The notes under the pieces are model-generated. The model was not told the origin of the DNA and did no database searches. It saw only the letters and a program-made list of their open reading frames with translations. The position numbers and the translations under genes are program-made. Shown piece by piece: positions 12,601 to 39,288 of a DNA stretch of 64,000 bases (its first letter is position 1; the number at the start of each line of letters is the position of its first letter). The stretch covers positions 23,469,319-23,533,318 of the forward strand of contig OZ037768.1 in the NCBI GenBank assembly GCA_964035545.1. Reading direction: 5' to 3'. Source of the DNA: Bugula neritina (Eukaryota; Animalia; Bryozoa).

Positions 12601-15600
12601 TATTAAAGCAAATAATATTTGTAATACTATAATAGTATAGTTAGAGAGCGTATTACTAAAATATAGACCAAGAAAGTCGTATATATAAACTATAGCAAAT
12701 TAATTCAGTGTAGATATGTAGTTGCAATAGAGTCAGTGTATTATAGGTTAGTTCAGGATATTGTCCATCACAATTTAACCAGTAGCTAGTAAAATAACAC
12801 GCACTATGCTTGATATTCAATATACTAAATTAATGCAGTTTATATATGTTGCCTTTACATGCTGGATATTTTACATTTCATTCTGTTACAACGTAGCCGG
12901 GTCACTGTACTTATATATAGAATATCGTAATAATTTAATGAATGAGCCAGTCAACACTGACACTGAAACATTTCCCCATCTTCCCCCACATACACAAGTT
13001 TGAAATGCCTCAGCAATGAATCGACTTAATATTGAAACTACAACTAAATCCCATTACAGTAACTGCATTATATTACAACACTGCGTAGACTGTGCTCTCT
13101 ATGTCAGCAACGCCCTGTCTATTCCTAGCACTTACTGCTCTATGTCACCCTACAGTGAATCACCTAAGCTAGCTCAACATTTATTAACAGTTTTGATTAA
13201 TGGGAGAGATGAAGATGGTAAGCCTTCTATTTATACAGCAAACTCGTGTGAGACAACAACATATAAATCATTTTCTCTCTTCAGCTAAATTTCTGTTTCA
13301 ATTAACAACTAGTCTAGAAAGTATTCCCACTATTTTCCGGCTGCAAACGCATACTGGTAATAATTTACAGGAACTATTACCAGAATATTTACTGCATGTT
13401 TCATGGTAATATCAGGTACCAGTATTTACCTGAATGAGATCTTATTCAGACCTAGTGACTATATTAGAGCATTACATATGATGTATATATAGCATAATAT
13501 TATTACATAATGTATGAATAATTTTATATCCGTTATATTAAACCATATATACATAATATATCATTGTATAGTTGAAAAAACAGGAGGGAATTTAATTCAG
13601 TTGTTTTATCACAGAGACACAGGGGAGAGTTAGTATGTTTGTCTCCCCTGGCAAGGAGTGTAGAGATCTCCCCCAGCAAGGAGTGTACAGATGAAGGGGG
13701 ACCCACCTTGATAGTGGCGTGGTTGAGCATCTCCTGCCACGCCGTGTCAAAGGAGGGTTTGTTAGAGAAGTACCCCTGTTCCGCCAGCTCCACCATCTCC
13801 CTGGCAGCTGCCTGCATGCTCATAGCTCGCTCAAATTTAGTGGCCGACTGGTACGCCTCTATCTGTACCTGCAACAGTAACCACAACAGTGTACCTGTAC
13901 CTGCAACAGTAACCACAACAGTGTACCTGTACCTGCAACAGTAACCACAACAATGTGCATTCAAGTACATAAGGGATATATCATTGCGTTAAGCAGTGAT
14001 TGAAACTACTTGAACTTTCATTGAATGTGAAACCACAATCACGGGCTTTCCATGTATCGATCTCAGATCGATCGTTTTTCCATGAGAGTGTCAGATCGAT
14101 CTCACAGAGTTAGCTCCTCTTAAGTGAAAAATACTTTAAGAGTATAATTTGCTGACCCATCCAACTGATTAAGGCTACTGCTGTCAAAAAACAAGATTGT
14201 TGCAGTCTAAAAATTAACGCCAGCTAAAAACTATACGCAGCAAATCTTTTAGCTTGGAGTAAATTGACCAATTTATAATAATCAATTTTAATTTTTTAGC
14301 TTGACAGCTTATATAAAATTAATAGCTGTCTTGCAGATTATTCATAAACCTACAGGATTGCTAGGCTTGAAATTACGCAGCAAATAGCTAATGAAAGTAA
14401 GTTTTACTAGCCATTTAAATTCAATTTAAATGCTCCCATTTTTTGTACCGCCTCCTACCGTCTATTACTTTATATAATTGAGTTTTTTTAATCATAGTAC
14501 TGAAAGTCAAAGTTTTGGCATCTGAAAATGTGGCTCTTGTAATTATTAAGTAATTTGCTTAGTAATTAACAATAAATTATCATTTTTATTAGCGGACGAA
14601 ATTTTAGCAAACAGTCTTTTTCTACTTCTCAGGTTGATCTTTCGTCTCTCCATGGTCTTATTGCCTTGAGATCGATCTGAGTTCGAGCTCTACAGACCGA
14701 CCAGCTCAGAACGACTGAGGTTGATCTTTGGCGTCTTTCCATGGATCGATCTCGGGGAGATCGATCTAAGATCGATACATGGAAAGCCGGTGAATTTCTA
14801 TTACCAATTGTATATCTATGTTATTGTTACATCACATAATACATGCATATACAATACCCCATACTATATTACATACTATATTATATACTATATACTACAC
14901 TATACTATATACTACACTGTACACTACACTATACTATATACTACACTGTATACTATACTATACTATATACTATACTATACTATATTATACTACACTATCT
15001 TATATACTATACTACATACTATACTGTATAGTGCATACAATAGTAAGCAAACACATGGCAATGTCACAGCTGGTATATATCAACACAGCCGCATCTACAT
15101 TATCATTGTATATACTATATTATATACAACAATAGCACAGCCATGACCTAACACTTATAATCATAACAATATAACTTACGCAGTAAACACATGGAGTAAA
15201 CACACATATGGGAGATTAGTGGTGATGTTTATGTAAATCTAACTTCTTATCACAGCTGTTTACAGAGTGAGTAAAATAATACTTCATTTCCTCATATTAA
15301 CAATCCACCTCAAGTTTTCACTGAGAGGTTAAACTTTATGCTAGCTGTGATATTATCATAATAAATAAGAATATTATGGTACAAGTTCCAGCCTTCTGTC
15401 ACATGCTAATTCTTGTATCAGTAGAAAGCTCAAGTGTAGACACATACACAGTATACATAATATATTATATACTGTAGACATATGTTATATACAGTAGACA
15501 TAATATTATATTATACACTGTATACATATATTATGCTGTAAACATATATTATACACTGTAGACATATATTATACACAGTAAACATATATTATACTCTGTA

Positions 15601-18038
15601 TACATATATTATACTCTGTAGACATATATTATACACATATGCACCTCCTTAGCCTTGAGTCTAGAGTCATAGTAGGGTTTAGCTTTCTCTATGCAACTTC
15701 CCAGCTTCTTACTTAGAGATTCAAGTTGTTGAGTGGACTCGGTGAGCTGGGTGCGGAACTTAGCCCGTGCCTCCTGGAAACCAAACATAGAGCTAAGGAC
15801 GAGTGAGTGGAGATAATCACTTAACAAAATACAGAGTATTTAAACCGTTGTTAATGTTAAGTAAATAGTAAAAAATCTCTACTGGGAAATAGATTACATT
15901 TCAAACTTGTATAGAAATTCTTCAATGTCAAACACAAAATGTCTAGGCCTTATGGCTACAGACACTACGGTTCCAAGTTTAGCATTATGGGGGTGGGCTT
16001 TTCATTTGATGTTTGGAAACAATTGCATCGAATCACACCACAATCACAAATTCATTAAATTTTCAAATGGACTATTCAAAATATATCTACACATGAAAGC
16101 TGGACTCAGGACAAGCTAATGGTTATAAATCCCCGACACAATGTCCAGTGTGGTTTCAGTTACAATGGTGAATGTGTCACCATGCAGTTATCAGTAGAGT
16201 TTATGTAACATTGTCTTGTCAAAAGAATGGGAGAAACTGGGGACAAAAGTAGATGGCCTAGAAATAGTTCTAAAATTAGCAAACAATTACATCTGTATTT
16301 ATTGTACAACCAGCAAAATAAAAATTGCCATCAGATGAATTCTAACTCTTTATAAAAGAATTTTGATAACTTGAATAGATTTAAAATTAAAACCTCCAGA
16401 ATTTCTTTAACAGAAATTATCAAATATGTATTCTCAAAGGAATTGAGTAGTAAATGTTTATATAAAGTGCAACGTGTAGTGAACACATGACACATTAGTC
16501 CAGTAACAACTCTAGTCAGTTCTCCTGGGGCTACAGTAATCACCCTTGATGTGTTAACTTGAGACTAGTATACAAAACTACTACTACACAGATACTGTAA
16601 GGTCTGTAGCTGCTGCTATTAGGGTATTGTAGTAGAGCATGCTGTCAGCCAGTAGATTATGCTGTCAGCAATGATCAGCCTTCCACAATATATATATAAG
16701 TTCAATAACTAGTTGACAAGATTACAGTTTATATCAGCTGTTGATATGAAAACCAGCTTGCATGTACAATGCTTGATTGTTAGGACTTCTCTATCTACCA
16801 GAGTCTAAGCAAACTAGGAGTGTATTAAATAGTTGCGTTAACCTGGAATACAACTTAGCACATGACCTCTGTAATGACTTTAATTTAGAGTTGAATGAAA
16901 ACTTCAAAAGAAAGAGTGAAAAGATGCCTTATGGTAGAGGTCAAATGTTATACTTACATCCACATCATTTTCCAGTCTGTTTATTAGTAGGGAGGCTTTA
17001 TTCAAACGCTCCAACTCATGCTGCAAGAACAGAAAACAAAACTTAGTCTAGCATTTGATTTGTAAATAGCAATTATTGGAGAACTTTTATTTGGAATTGT
17101 GAGTTCAAATTTTGCAAGGTTATTCAACGGATCACAATAATAGATTTTAGCTTCTTAAGATCCAAACTTAAGACAAACAAGCTAATAATAAATATGTAAG
17201 AGTTATTATAACACAGAATATGACGATTAAGGGTGTGAATTTTTTGCAAAATAATTAAATTTATGGTGACTGGTGAGAATATATTTTACTGACTATAATT
17301 CACTTTTGATGTCAGCCCATATTGACTAAGAAATAATTTAAATAATTTGCATAGTTTCAATACATTATAAAATCAAACCTATAAATTAGTAAATACCAAC
17401 ACAGATAGGCCTGCTTTGTAATACTTGATAGTTATTGCTATTTAAAAAATATATAAAACAGAAAATAAAATTTGACTGTTAAATAAGTAGTTTGTTGATT
17501 GAAATATGTAATTTTATTTGATCCAAAGATTCATGTAAGGATTCACAGGAGAAGACATGACTTGAGGCATCACTCCACAAAACCTAACCTTAAACTTCAA
17601 TTTAAAGAAAATCCAGCTGAAAAACTAGTCAAGTAAAGAAGCTTAATCAGTTTTGTAATTTTCTTGAGTAGCTATTACTAAAATTATGATTCAAAAACTA
17701 TACCAACTTTATAAATATCAAAATCAAACATTACCATTATTATAAATGGTAAGTATATTTACTGGCTTATCAGTTGATGGCATTGATAATTAAATTATGT
17801 TTTTACTTGTGGTCATAATATTTGCATATTCCAGTATTCAATTCATTGACTTTGAGCTAATATAATGTTTTACTAAAGAGAAATCTAAAGCCTTTAAAAT
17901 TATAACAAATCTTTTTGACTATTGCAATTGTTTATGACTGGGTTATTAATTTTAGAGACAAAATAAGCATTATTATTATGGTACTCATACCTGAATTCTA
18001 GGATCTAATGGCTCGTCGTCCACATCTGCATCAGTCAT
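9660..18038 (-). CDS. SH3BP5L: SH3 domain-binding protein 5-like (SH3BP5L/parcas family Rab11 GEF), about 584 aa
   Basis: Exons 18038-17991, 17020-16958, 15773-15645, 13868-13707, 11471-11341, 10881-9660, all GT-AG and phase-consistent. Motifs LDPRIQ|HELERLNKAS, LGSCIEKAKPYYDSRLKAKE, AAAREMVELAEQG, DTAWQEMLNHATIKV, SKSKPYYEMKANF and YSKALSNLEAISEDIH are diagnostic of the SH3BP5 family and closer to SH3BP5L. Confidence 0.93.
13863..13952. repeat. 32-bp tandem repeat x3 duplicating the SH3BP5L exon 4 acceptor
   Basis: CTGCAACAGTAACCACAACAGTGTACCTGTAC, period 32 (13869, 13901, 13933). Confidence 0.92.
14040..14792. mobile_element. Non-autonomous DNA transposon (MITE-like), CAC...GTG termini, CMC/CACTA-like
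   Basis: 34-bp TIRs: CACGGGCTTTCCATGTATCGATCTCAGATCGATC (14040) versus the reverse complement of the right end CACCGGCTTTCCATGTATCGATCTTAGATCGATC (ends 14792), 2 mismatches. 3-bp TSD AAT at 14037-14039 and 14793-14795; subterminal GATCGATCT repeats; no internal ORF. Confidence 0.88.
14860..15030. repeat. (TATAC)n-like microsatellite
   Basis: Imperfect ACTAT/TACAC repeats just right of the transposon. Confidence 0.85.
15440..15640. repeat. About 22-bp AT-rich minisatellite beside the donor of SH3BP5L exon 3
   Basis: ATATATTATACACTGTAGACAT-like units ending about 5 nt from the exon boundary at 15645. Confidence 0.85.
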
Positions 18039-18059
18039 TGCATAGAAGAACTGCTGCTG

Positions 18060-19147
18060 AAAATTGAGTTGGTAACAATAATATGTATATTAATAATTAT
18101 ATCCCTACACAAATAAATTAAATATTGATATTATAAAATAAATTTCGGCAAGCAAAGTAATCGCAAGTTGAAGTAGTAAAACTAAATAAATTGGAGTTGA
18201 TTTAGTACAACTTACTATATAGCTTAATATTTAAATCTAGGCATTTTTATAATATAAAGCTCATAGATCATAAACATCATTACATTTACAGTAATTAAAT
18301 TCAATTAATGTTTAGGTTAAACTTCAACTTGAGTCTTGAACTTGAGTCTCGAAGTAATTATAATTATTTACTTTTACTTTTAGTTTTACTTTTCTGTTTC
18401 AGTAGATTGTCGTTGAGTTACTCGATGTGCATGCTCTACTGATATCTAGTTTTATGATTATAATAACAATATCAAAATTTATAATAATAACTAATAGACA
18501 ATATACGTTTTGGCTAGATAACAGTGTATAGAACTCACACTGAAATTGAACTGGTTGCAATGTAAACAGTTGGACTTAAAATGAATTTCTAGCAGAATTA
18601 GCCTTATGTCCCTATTTTAGTGAAAGAAGGGCTGTTTGAACGTAAGCTGTATAATACCGTAATTTCATTTGATTATAAATGTTCGAGTTTAGCTAAACCC
18701 TCTAAAGACGCGGCCTTTATATTACCCGCAATGTCAAATAGTTTACGACAATAACAAAATATTTTTATGCAATGCTCTCTTTTAGCTGTGTATTGAGTCC
18801 TAATAAGAAAAATGAAAACAGATCATTTCAAACACTCTATCATAGGCATTTTTCTCACAAAACAATTAACAGTCATGTGTTTGCCTGCAAGCAATAAACA
18901 AAAACTAGTCAATATGTAATCATTGATATCTTCTTATTTCTATAAAGTTTCATCATACAGTTTCAAACACTGGTGGAGATCACTGACATGGTATTTTCAT
19001 TGCAAGTGCTTGTAGTTGTAACCAACAAGTAAATTTCTATCTAATTTGTTGATGCTTTACATCAGATGAAGCGATCTGCCTGTTTTTGATGATTGAAAAA
19101 TATTTTAAATAAGCTGAAGTTTTAAAAATTGCAATAATCTGGAAATT
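18060..19147. promoter_or_regulatory. Probable bidirectional promoter between SH3BP5L (-) and FARSA (+)
   Basis: Start codons are head-to-head 1.1 kb apart; the SH3BP5L first coding exon has an upstream acceptor (18057), so a 5' UTR exon lies within this interval (donor-like GTGAGT at about 18537). Confidence 0.55.
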
Positions 19148-32469
<13,322 letters not shown>

Positions 32470-35311
32470 TATTGCATCACATCCTGTTAGTGAAGTACAC
32501 AACGTCCCTAAAGTGCATACATTTACATAGTCACTTGTGCAGTTATATGTACCAGTTTCTGCTGGATTTCTATTTGATATAAATAAATAAATTCTGCAAC
32601 ATTTTAAAGTAATTGTTTTTCTTAGATGTAAATGAGCATCCTTCAAGTTACGGCAACTTTATTATGTTTTGACTTTAACTCTGACTATTCAATAGAGGAT
32701 AGACTAACAATAATTTATTGAATAATATTCCAATAATAAGTAGGAAAACGATTAACAAAATAAATTCACGATATATATTGTCTACAACTATAAGAATCAG
32801 ACTACTTGAATATGACAAGTGACAGCTAAGTGCAACAGTCTAGCTATTGTAAGCTCAATAGTAAGAAAGCTCAAGTAGCTGTACATGTTATAAGGTGAAG
32901 GTCAAGTTGTGGTCACTAGATTTACTACAATCGACTTGAAGCAATCGACTCTTTCAACAGAGATGTGTTCTCAAGTTATTTCTATTGCTATATTTAAATG
33001 CAAAAAATAAGAATTTCTGCAATTTAGTGTTCAGAAATATATTTTCATTACACTACAAAAAAACCGCTTTTGGTGTTGGGAAGCTAATAGCAAAATGTTG
33101 ATGACAAATGCTCACAGGGTGTAAGGTTATGTCATGTTACAATAATCAGTCAGTAATAATCAATTGAAGTTATGAATTAGAATGCACTGAGCTATACAAA
33201 TATGGAATGCGAGCCTCTTCAGCCCCAACATCACGTGATAACAATAGCTGCATGATGCAACCTTCTACTACTGCTCAGCCGGCGGAAGTGCAATATTGAG
33301 ACCATATGACACACACAACATCCGTATTTTCACTGCAACTTCTATATTAAGTTGAAGGTGTGTACATCCTATGATCACGGGTCATGGCTTATTAACTTTA
33401 AATTCTAAAGAATAGTTAAACCAAGGGGGAGTTTAAACTAGTTAGTTGACTTTACTGGTAGGAAATGTTTAGCGATGTTATTGTGCATCACCTCCTGATT
33501 GATGCTTAAAATATTATTGTTTGTAGCGTGTCTAGAGCTAATACACATATTGTTTTCAATTAACAATATTGTACTAGTGTAAAAATATTTTGTCAGCTTT
33601 ATCAAAACCATAATTTTTATTTGAAACTTTTAGCATCTTATGTGTACATTTATAACAATCAATTGCAGTTGTGCGATAAGTTACATTAAAAAATAAAATA
33701 TATAGTATAATAATATTTTTTGTTTTTATACAATTTTGGATCAATTTCACATTCTGTTTTGTGCCAAAACATGTAGCTCATATATTGCCACAGTGTTTTA
33801 ATGTCTAGAAACATGGGCATATTATAGTTTAAATAACATGTTTAAACTGATACAATGCACTTCAAACCTTATACTGCTGGTGATAGTATTTTTCACACTA
33901 GTTCTAAATTTTTTATAAGTAGTTTTACATTGTTTTTCTTTATACCCTAGCTGTTTCCATTCTATGGCCCATGCATTAAAGCCTGTATTTGCAGCACCGG
34001 TTTTTATTTAAAAGTTTCGTTTTCAACTAAAAGTACCACAAATATATTTAAGATGTTATACTAAAATATTATTTACTCTTTAATGTGATAGGAGTATAGA
34101 TTATAATGATATAATTTCATGGGGTGGTGCTAAATGTGGCCCTAATTAGGCGTTGCTAAGCAACACTCACCAAACACTTTACTAGAACAGATACAGATTC
34201 ACTGAAGTAACATAATGCTGGAGGAAAGGCTCCATTAACCAAGCTAATCAGAGCCATTTAAACTCATTCTCGTGACTTGAGTGTAAATACCGCCTACACA
34301 TTTCGACCAGGATTCCATTTTGGTGATTTCTAGGCGTAGGTGGTAGTTCACATCACGCTTCATTAGACAGTTTCTAGGTTTCTCGTATTTATCAACAGGT
34401 GGAACGACTAAATGCTAGGCAGGGGGTAATCATTTGCTGCATAGGCAACAATAGTTTCACAAATAAACTGAATTCTGTTGCTCTGCGTAGACTAATAACA
34501 ATGTCTCATTTAAACAATTATATAACAGACGTTATACAATAATTTTGTTAAAAGTTTTCTGATAATTTTCATCGATTTTTAGGTGAGGTGTACATGACTA
34601 TGCACACAATAAGCAACAAAACGTTTAGGAATATCTTTGGAGTTGCACTCTCATTGCAAGCTACTTAGTTTTTAATTTGTCAAGCTGTTAATTATTGGTA
34701 ATAAGTTTTGTATAAAGGACTAGTAAAGCTTATCAAAATATAAAAGTTCAGTTATTTTGCATATCACATAGTTTGACTGTAGCCGCTTGATATGTGTTCT
34801 AAGATTCTGTAAAATTGCTGTACAATTCACACTTACAATAATAAAGTAGTTTTTATATAGTAGTTTATTACAAATATATTCAACATATAAATTAGAGGAA
34901 TTGCAAATTGCTGTGACACCGGGATTGGGGTTGACCAAATTTGGTCGTAAACAATATAACAAGAAAAAACAACATAAATATATCAGTTACTTGCTAAAAC
35001 TTCAACAAAAAACATAACAATAAATATTAACCATTTTTGCTATATTGGTTTTTCAAATCTTCTGCTGATACTTGGTTATAATTTTATAAATTATTTTAAA
35101 TATATTTCTAAGTATAAAAACAATATTAATACAAAAAGGTTTGACTGGCAAATAATATAGTTACGTAGAGTAATTCTAACAAAAGTCATTTTAATTATGC
35201 GAGTCAACACCAAACTTTTACACTAATACATTTTTTTTAACTTTGCATTAGAAATCATATTATGAAATTGTTGAAATCGAGTGTTTCAAAGAACAGCGTT
35301 ACTTCTAGAGA

Positions 35312-36750
35312 TTATGTCAGCATTGCGTACGCCAATAGTCTGCAAAGTCGAAGGCTCCTTCCTTTGCACACGGGATTTTCATTGTAGTTGTTACTCGATC
35401 TCGCCATCTTGGGGTAAGCAGCGTAGCTCAGCACCTGTCTCTTTGCTCTCACAGCTGGCAGGTTGGCTCTTTGCATTAGAGAGGTCAGAATTAGAGACTC
35501 CTCCGCAGGAGCTAAAATGAAATTATTCAAATGATCAATGCAGACAAACTAAGCAAAATAATTAAATAATTCCGCAATATTTCATTTTGCAATACAATAT
35601 TTAAATCAATTTAATAAATTAATAGTTGTTGAAATAGCTTGAAACTTGCCAAAATTTACAAAATTAAAAGAAAATTGCTACAGAAGTAATTGTGAAATGT
35701 TGTTTTGATTTCAAGTTGTATTTTAAGAGTTCTTTTTGATAAATTTCAAAGTAAAATTTCTGCTCTGACTAAAATCAATAAAGGTGGTCGCAGAAGCTTA
35801 CCAGGGCTGCTGGGTAAAGACATCCCTGCTGCCGGCTGCAGGAGTTTGGAGAGCAGAAGAGATAAGATCAGAATAGACCTAAATCTAGCGGTCTTCGTAC
35901 TTCCACAGGGGTTCCAGGATCTGCCCGTTTTGGGTGCCCTGGTATCCGTTGGGCATGATGCGTTTCCATATACTGGTTTGGTTTCATTGAGAACCTCCAT
36001 TCTTTTAAACTAAAATAAAACATAATTTACAATGAATGACAGATGTTTAATAATGTAATCAACACAATTCAAATTGCTTTGATATATAAAAAAATTATAA
36101 TCCAATATATTATATTAATTTTTCAATGTGAAATACAATGTTATTTAATTATAACCAGCCAGGCAATGTAAATAAATGTTGGTTGTTTATAGCAATGGCA
36201 AATTAGATGAAGTTTATAACTGCATGTTGTAAGCAAAAACTATAAAAACATAAATTATTAAATACGACAGGGTGCAGATATGCGAAATGTACTGTATATG
36301 TGGGCTAAAACAAGCGTTGGTTTTGCATAAATTAGTCTTATTTTGATTTTCATCTCCCAATGGAATTGTCAATCAATTCCAAGAATTACTCTCTAAAGGT
36401 GAGGCACTGAGTTTTTAGTTTGGAGAATAAATTAGCTATTAAAATCAGCTGTAGGCTACAAGCGTTTATTCTAACACTTGCAGTTATATTCTATATAAAA
36501 CAGTTGCTATAGCTAGAGTAGAAGAAAAAATTGTTCATTCCAACCCCAGAAGCTTTTGTGCCCTTTACAGAAATGACTTTGAGTATCACAAAAAGCTGCA
36601 AGTTAATTGAAAAATAAATGTTGAAGATACATAAAGCAAGATTTGTGATAAGAAGGCAGCTTCCAAAAAAATAAAAAAATTTTAAATTAAATACAGTTTA
36701 AAGTAATAATTTATTTCTAGAAAAGCAGTAAATATTCTTACCTGCAACAT
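35312..36750 (-). CDS. Putative secreted peptide (neuropeptide/hormone-like) precursor, 138 aa
   Basis: Exons 36750-36742 (ATG TTG CAG|gtaaga), 36009-35802 (..CCT G|gtaagc) and 35511-35312 join in frame: MLQFKRMEVL...ARFRSILILSLLLSKLLQPAAG-MSLPSSPAPAEESLILTSLMQRANLPAVRAKR-QVLSYAAYPKMARSSNNYNENPVCKGRSLRLCRLLAYAMLT*. Basic n-region, hydrophobic h-region, AxG-type cleavage site, furin-type RAKR, N-terminal Gln and a Cys pair. Confidence 0.8.
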
Positions 36751-36834
36751 GCTATTATAACTTTTCTTGTGATGTTCTAAGCTAATTATAATCCTTTGGT
36801 TTAGCTGCACAGTAGCACTAAGAACTGAACAGAT

Positions 36835-36930
36835 GAGTGATTTTTACATAAATTAACTTTGTTTATATATACATGAATGCATGTGCTTTGACTCAATGAC
36901 GTCATGTGACTAGCAGTACGATTGACCAAT
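36835..36930 (-). promoter_or_regulatory. Core promoter of the peptide-precursor gene: Inr-like TCACTC, TATA box, adjacent AP-1 and CRE, CCAAT
   Basis: TATATAAA (minus strand) 36869-36862; Inr-like TCACTC about 30 nt downstream (36840-36835); TGACTCA 36889-36895 directly abutting the perfect palindrome ATGACGTCAT 36896-36905; CCAAT 36926-36930; further TGAGTCA at 37059-37065 and 37978-37984. Confidence 0.7.
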
Positions 36931-39288
36931 AGGAACAACCCATGAGTATTAATACTTGGAACAGCTACGCTATCAAACTTTCTTCATTATGATAATGTCA
37001 TTTTCACAGCACGTCCTTTGAATATCACTGCAGACAGCAGTGGTCTCGGCTGTCGGCATGAGTCATGGCTTAGAGAATCGAGTCCCAACAATATACAAGC
37101 CATTTTATCCCCAGGGGGCGCTCTTTACATAGTATCTGTCACTCGGCCATGTTTTACTTCTTATTCATAGGGCTAATAATTCTCTTGAATAAGCTTTTTA
37201 TGCATCATGTGACAAGATTTCAGTGAAAACACAATTGGATCAGCTGTTACAAACTACACATATATAAAAATATTCTTAATGCAGATAGTTTTGCTGTCAA
37301 AAGTTGTACATTCAATAGGAATAGAAAAAGATATTGCACTTGGCTGCTAAATTATAGTTATAGAGTATAGAGCGTGAGTACACATTTAGTGTCCAAGCAG
37401 CTCAGTCTATTACACTATATGTCATTATTGAAGTATGTCGGCTTATTCAAATGCCTTTGAACATACAAAGTCTACCAACTTTAAAACATCACCTGATTTT
37501 AAAAAATTATGATGATGAAAGTTTCTTGTAGAAATGTCTTCAAGTTTTCAAAGCAAGGAATGTTGTACTTCTTTAGCCTTGAAATAAACCAAAAGAGTTT
37601 TGCAATGTTTGTTTACAAACTATTTATATAGTGCCGTGTTTTTGGTTAGCACCAGTCTTGACTTTATTTAGTTAAATAGCTAATGGATGCCTCCCATTAT
37701 GTTTTGCAATGAGGCCAGACATGCACAGGTTATGCAATGCTAAGACAATGAGGCCGGTCAAAGGTGCTGTAAGAAAATAGCTCCACCTTATTTAATTGTC
37801 TAAACTACAGGCTTCTTGGCTTCCTAGCAACAACATAACATGTAGGGAACAATAGATGAGCATGTGCCCAGCATACATTCCACAAACTAAATTGGAATTG
37901 TTTAGCATTTCCTAGCAACTTTGAGGTATTTTGAGGAGATATTTTAAGAAGCGAAAATAATCATTAGCTTTAACCCGTGAGTCATGACCTTTGCATATGT
38001 TGCGACACTGTACTGGCTGCAGCAGCAAACAAGGATTTTAGAGTAACTTCTCTAATTCTATTATTAAATTAGGTTTTTTTGCTGCCGTGGGTTGCAGCTT
38101 GCTGTCATTTACTTGTTGGCTTCATGTTGAAATGCAGACAAACTGTGTTGAAATGCTTGAGGAATGCTTTTAATACAAACATTTTTTACATCAGCTTGAG
38201 CAATGTCAGGTCAGTTCATTGTATCTCTCTTATAATAGCCTGAGTAGTATTATTGTCAGCTAAAGGTGGCCTACACATGGTTCTCGTTGTTGTGGAAGCT
38301 GTGAGAGCTTAGGCTTCATGTGAAAATATACTTCCAGCAAATAGGAAATCATAAAGATATCCCGTAGTTTATGTTCTTATTGGAGACCTTTTCAATAGTT
38401 GGCAGTCCCACTTTTTCACCCCACCCCATACTAACGTTTCTAGTCAGTAGAGTTTTGTAAAATACATGAGTAAACTTTTTGAAAATGCAGATTTATCGGC
38501 CAACAGAAAGATTTTGAGAACTATTTTTTTGGTTTGACTAGTTAATGCCAGCAAAAATTAAGCATCTGGTTTTGATTTTATTTGTTGTAGTGGAAGTTGT
38601 GAGACTTTTTAATTTGAAAATTAAATTATGTATTCTTTTTGACAAGATTAACGAATCTTTTCAAATTCTCTTCTGATTAAATGGGATAAAAATTGTTGCA
38701 AAATGGAAAGCTATAAAATATTGCTGATTTAATATTTCATAATTTAGGCGGTATTTAGCTGCAATGATAGATACAACAAGTGACTGCATGTGAATTTTAT
38801 AACGACCTTGACATCTGTATAGATATAGAAATTATACTACTAGCTATACTTAAAAATACCCCTGTATGTATACATTTACAGTATATTTGTGGAATAAGTT
38901 CTCCTGTAACAAAAGAGACAGGAAATACCCAAGTTAGGGCGTGAATGAAATACTACAATTGCTATTACATATGGAAGCTCTATATTTGGGTAAAGCACAT
39001 TATAAATAGACACAAAATCAATTTCATACAAAATGATTGAGAATTAAACACATGTTAGATTATCTAACATTGATTTAAATAGTGTAAAACGTTTTACTGC
39101 AGGTATAAGTAAGAAAGTAAATATGAGTTACCTCTTTCAAGCTATTCAATACAAATACAAGCCAAAAATTCAATTGTTTAAAAATAGACACATATCAACA
39201 GAGAAAGGTGGGCTACCGAATATTATGTCAGTAAGTAGATCTTCTGAGTCCTTAGCAACAGTTGCTAAGGGGGTAAGGACATGCTGAC

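Noticed and set aside
14721-15146. Tyr/Thr/Ile-rich ORFs
   Set aside because: Transposon end plus (TATAC)n microsatellite.
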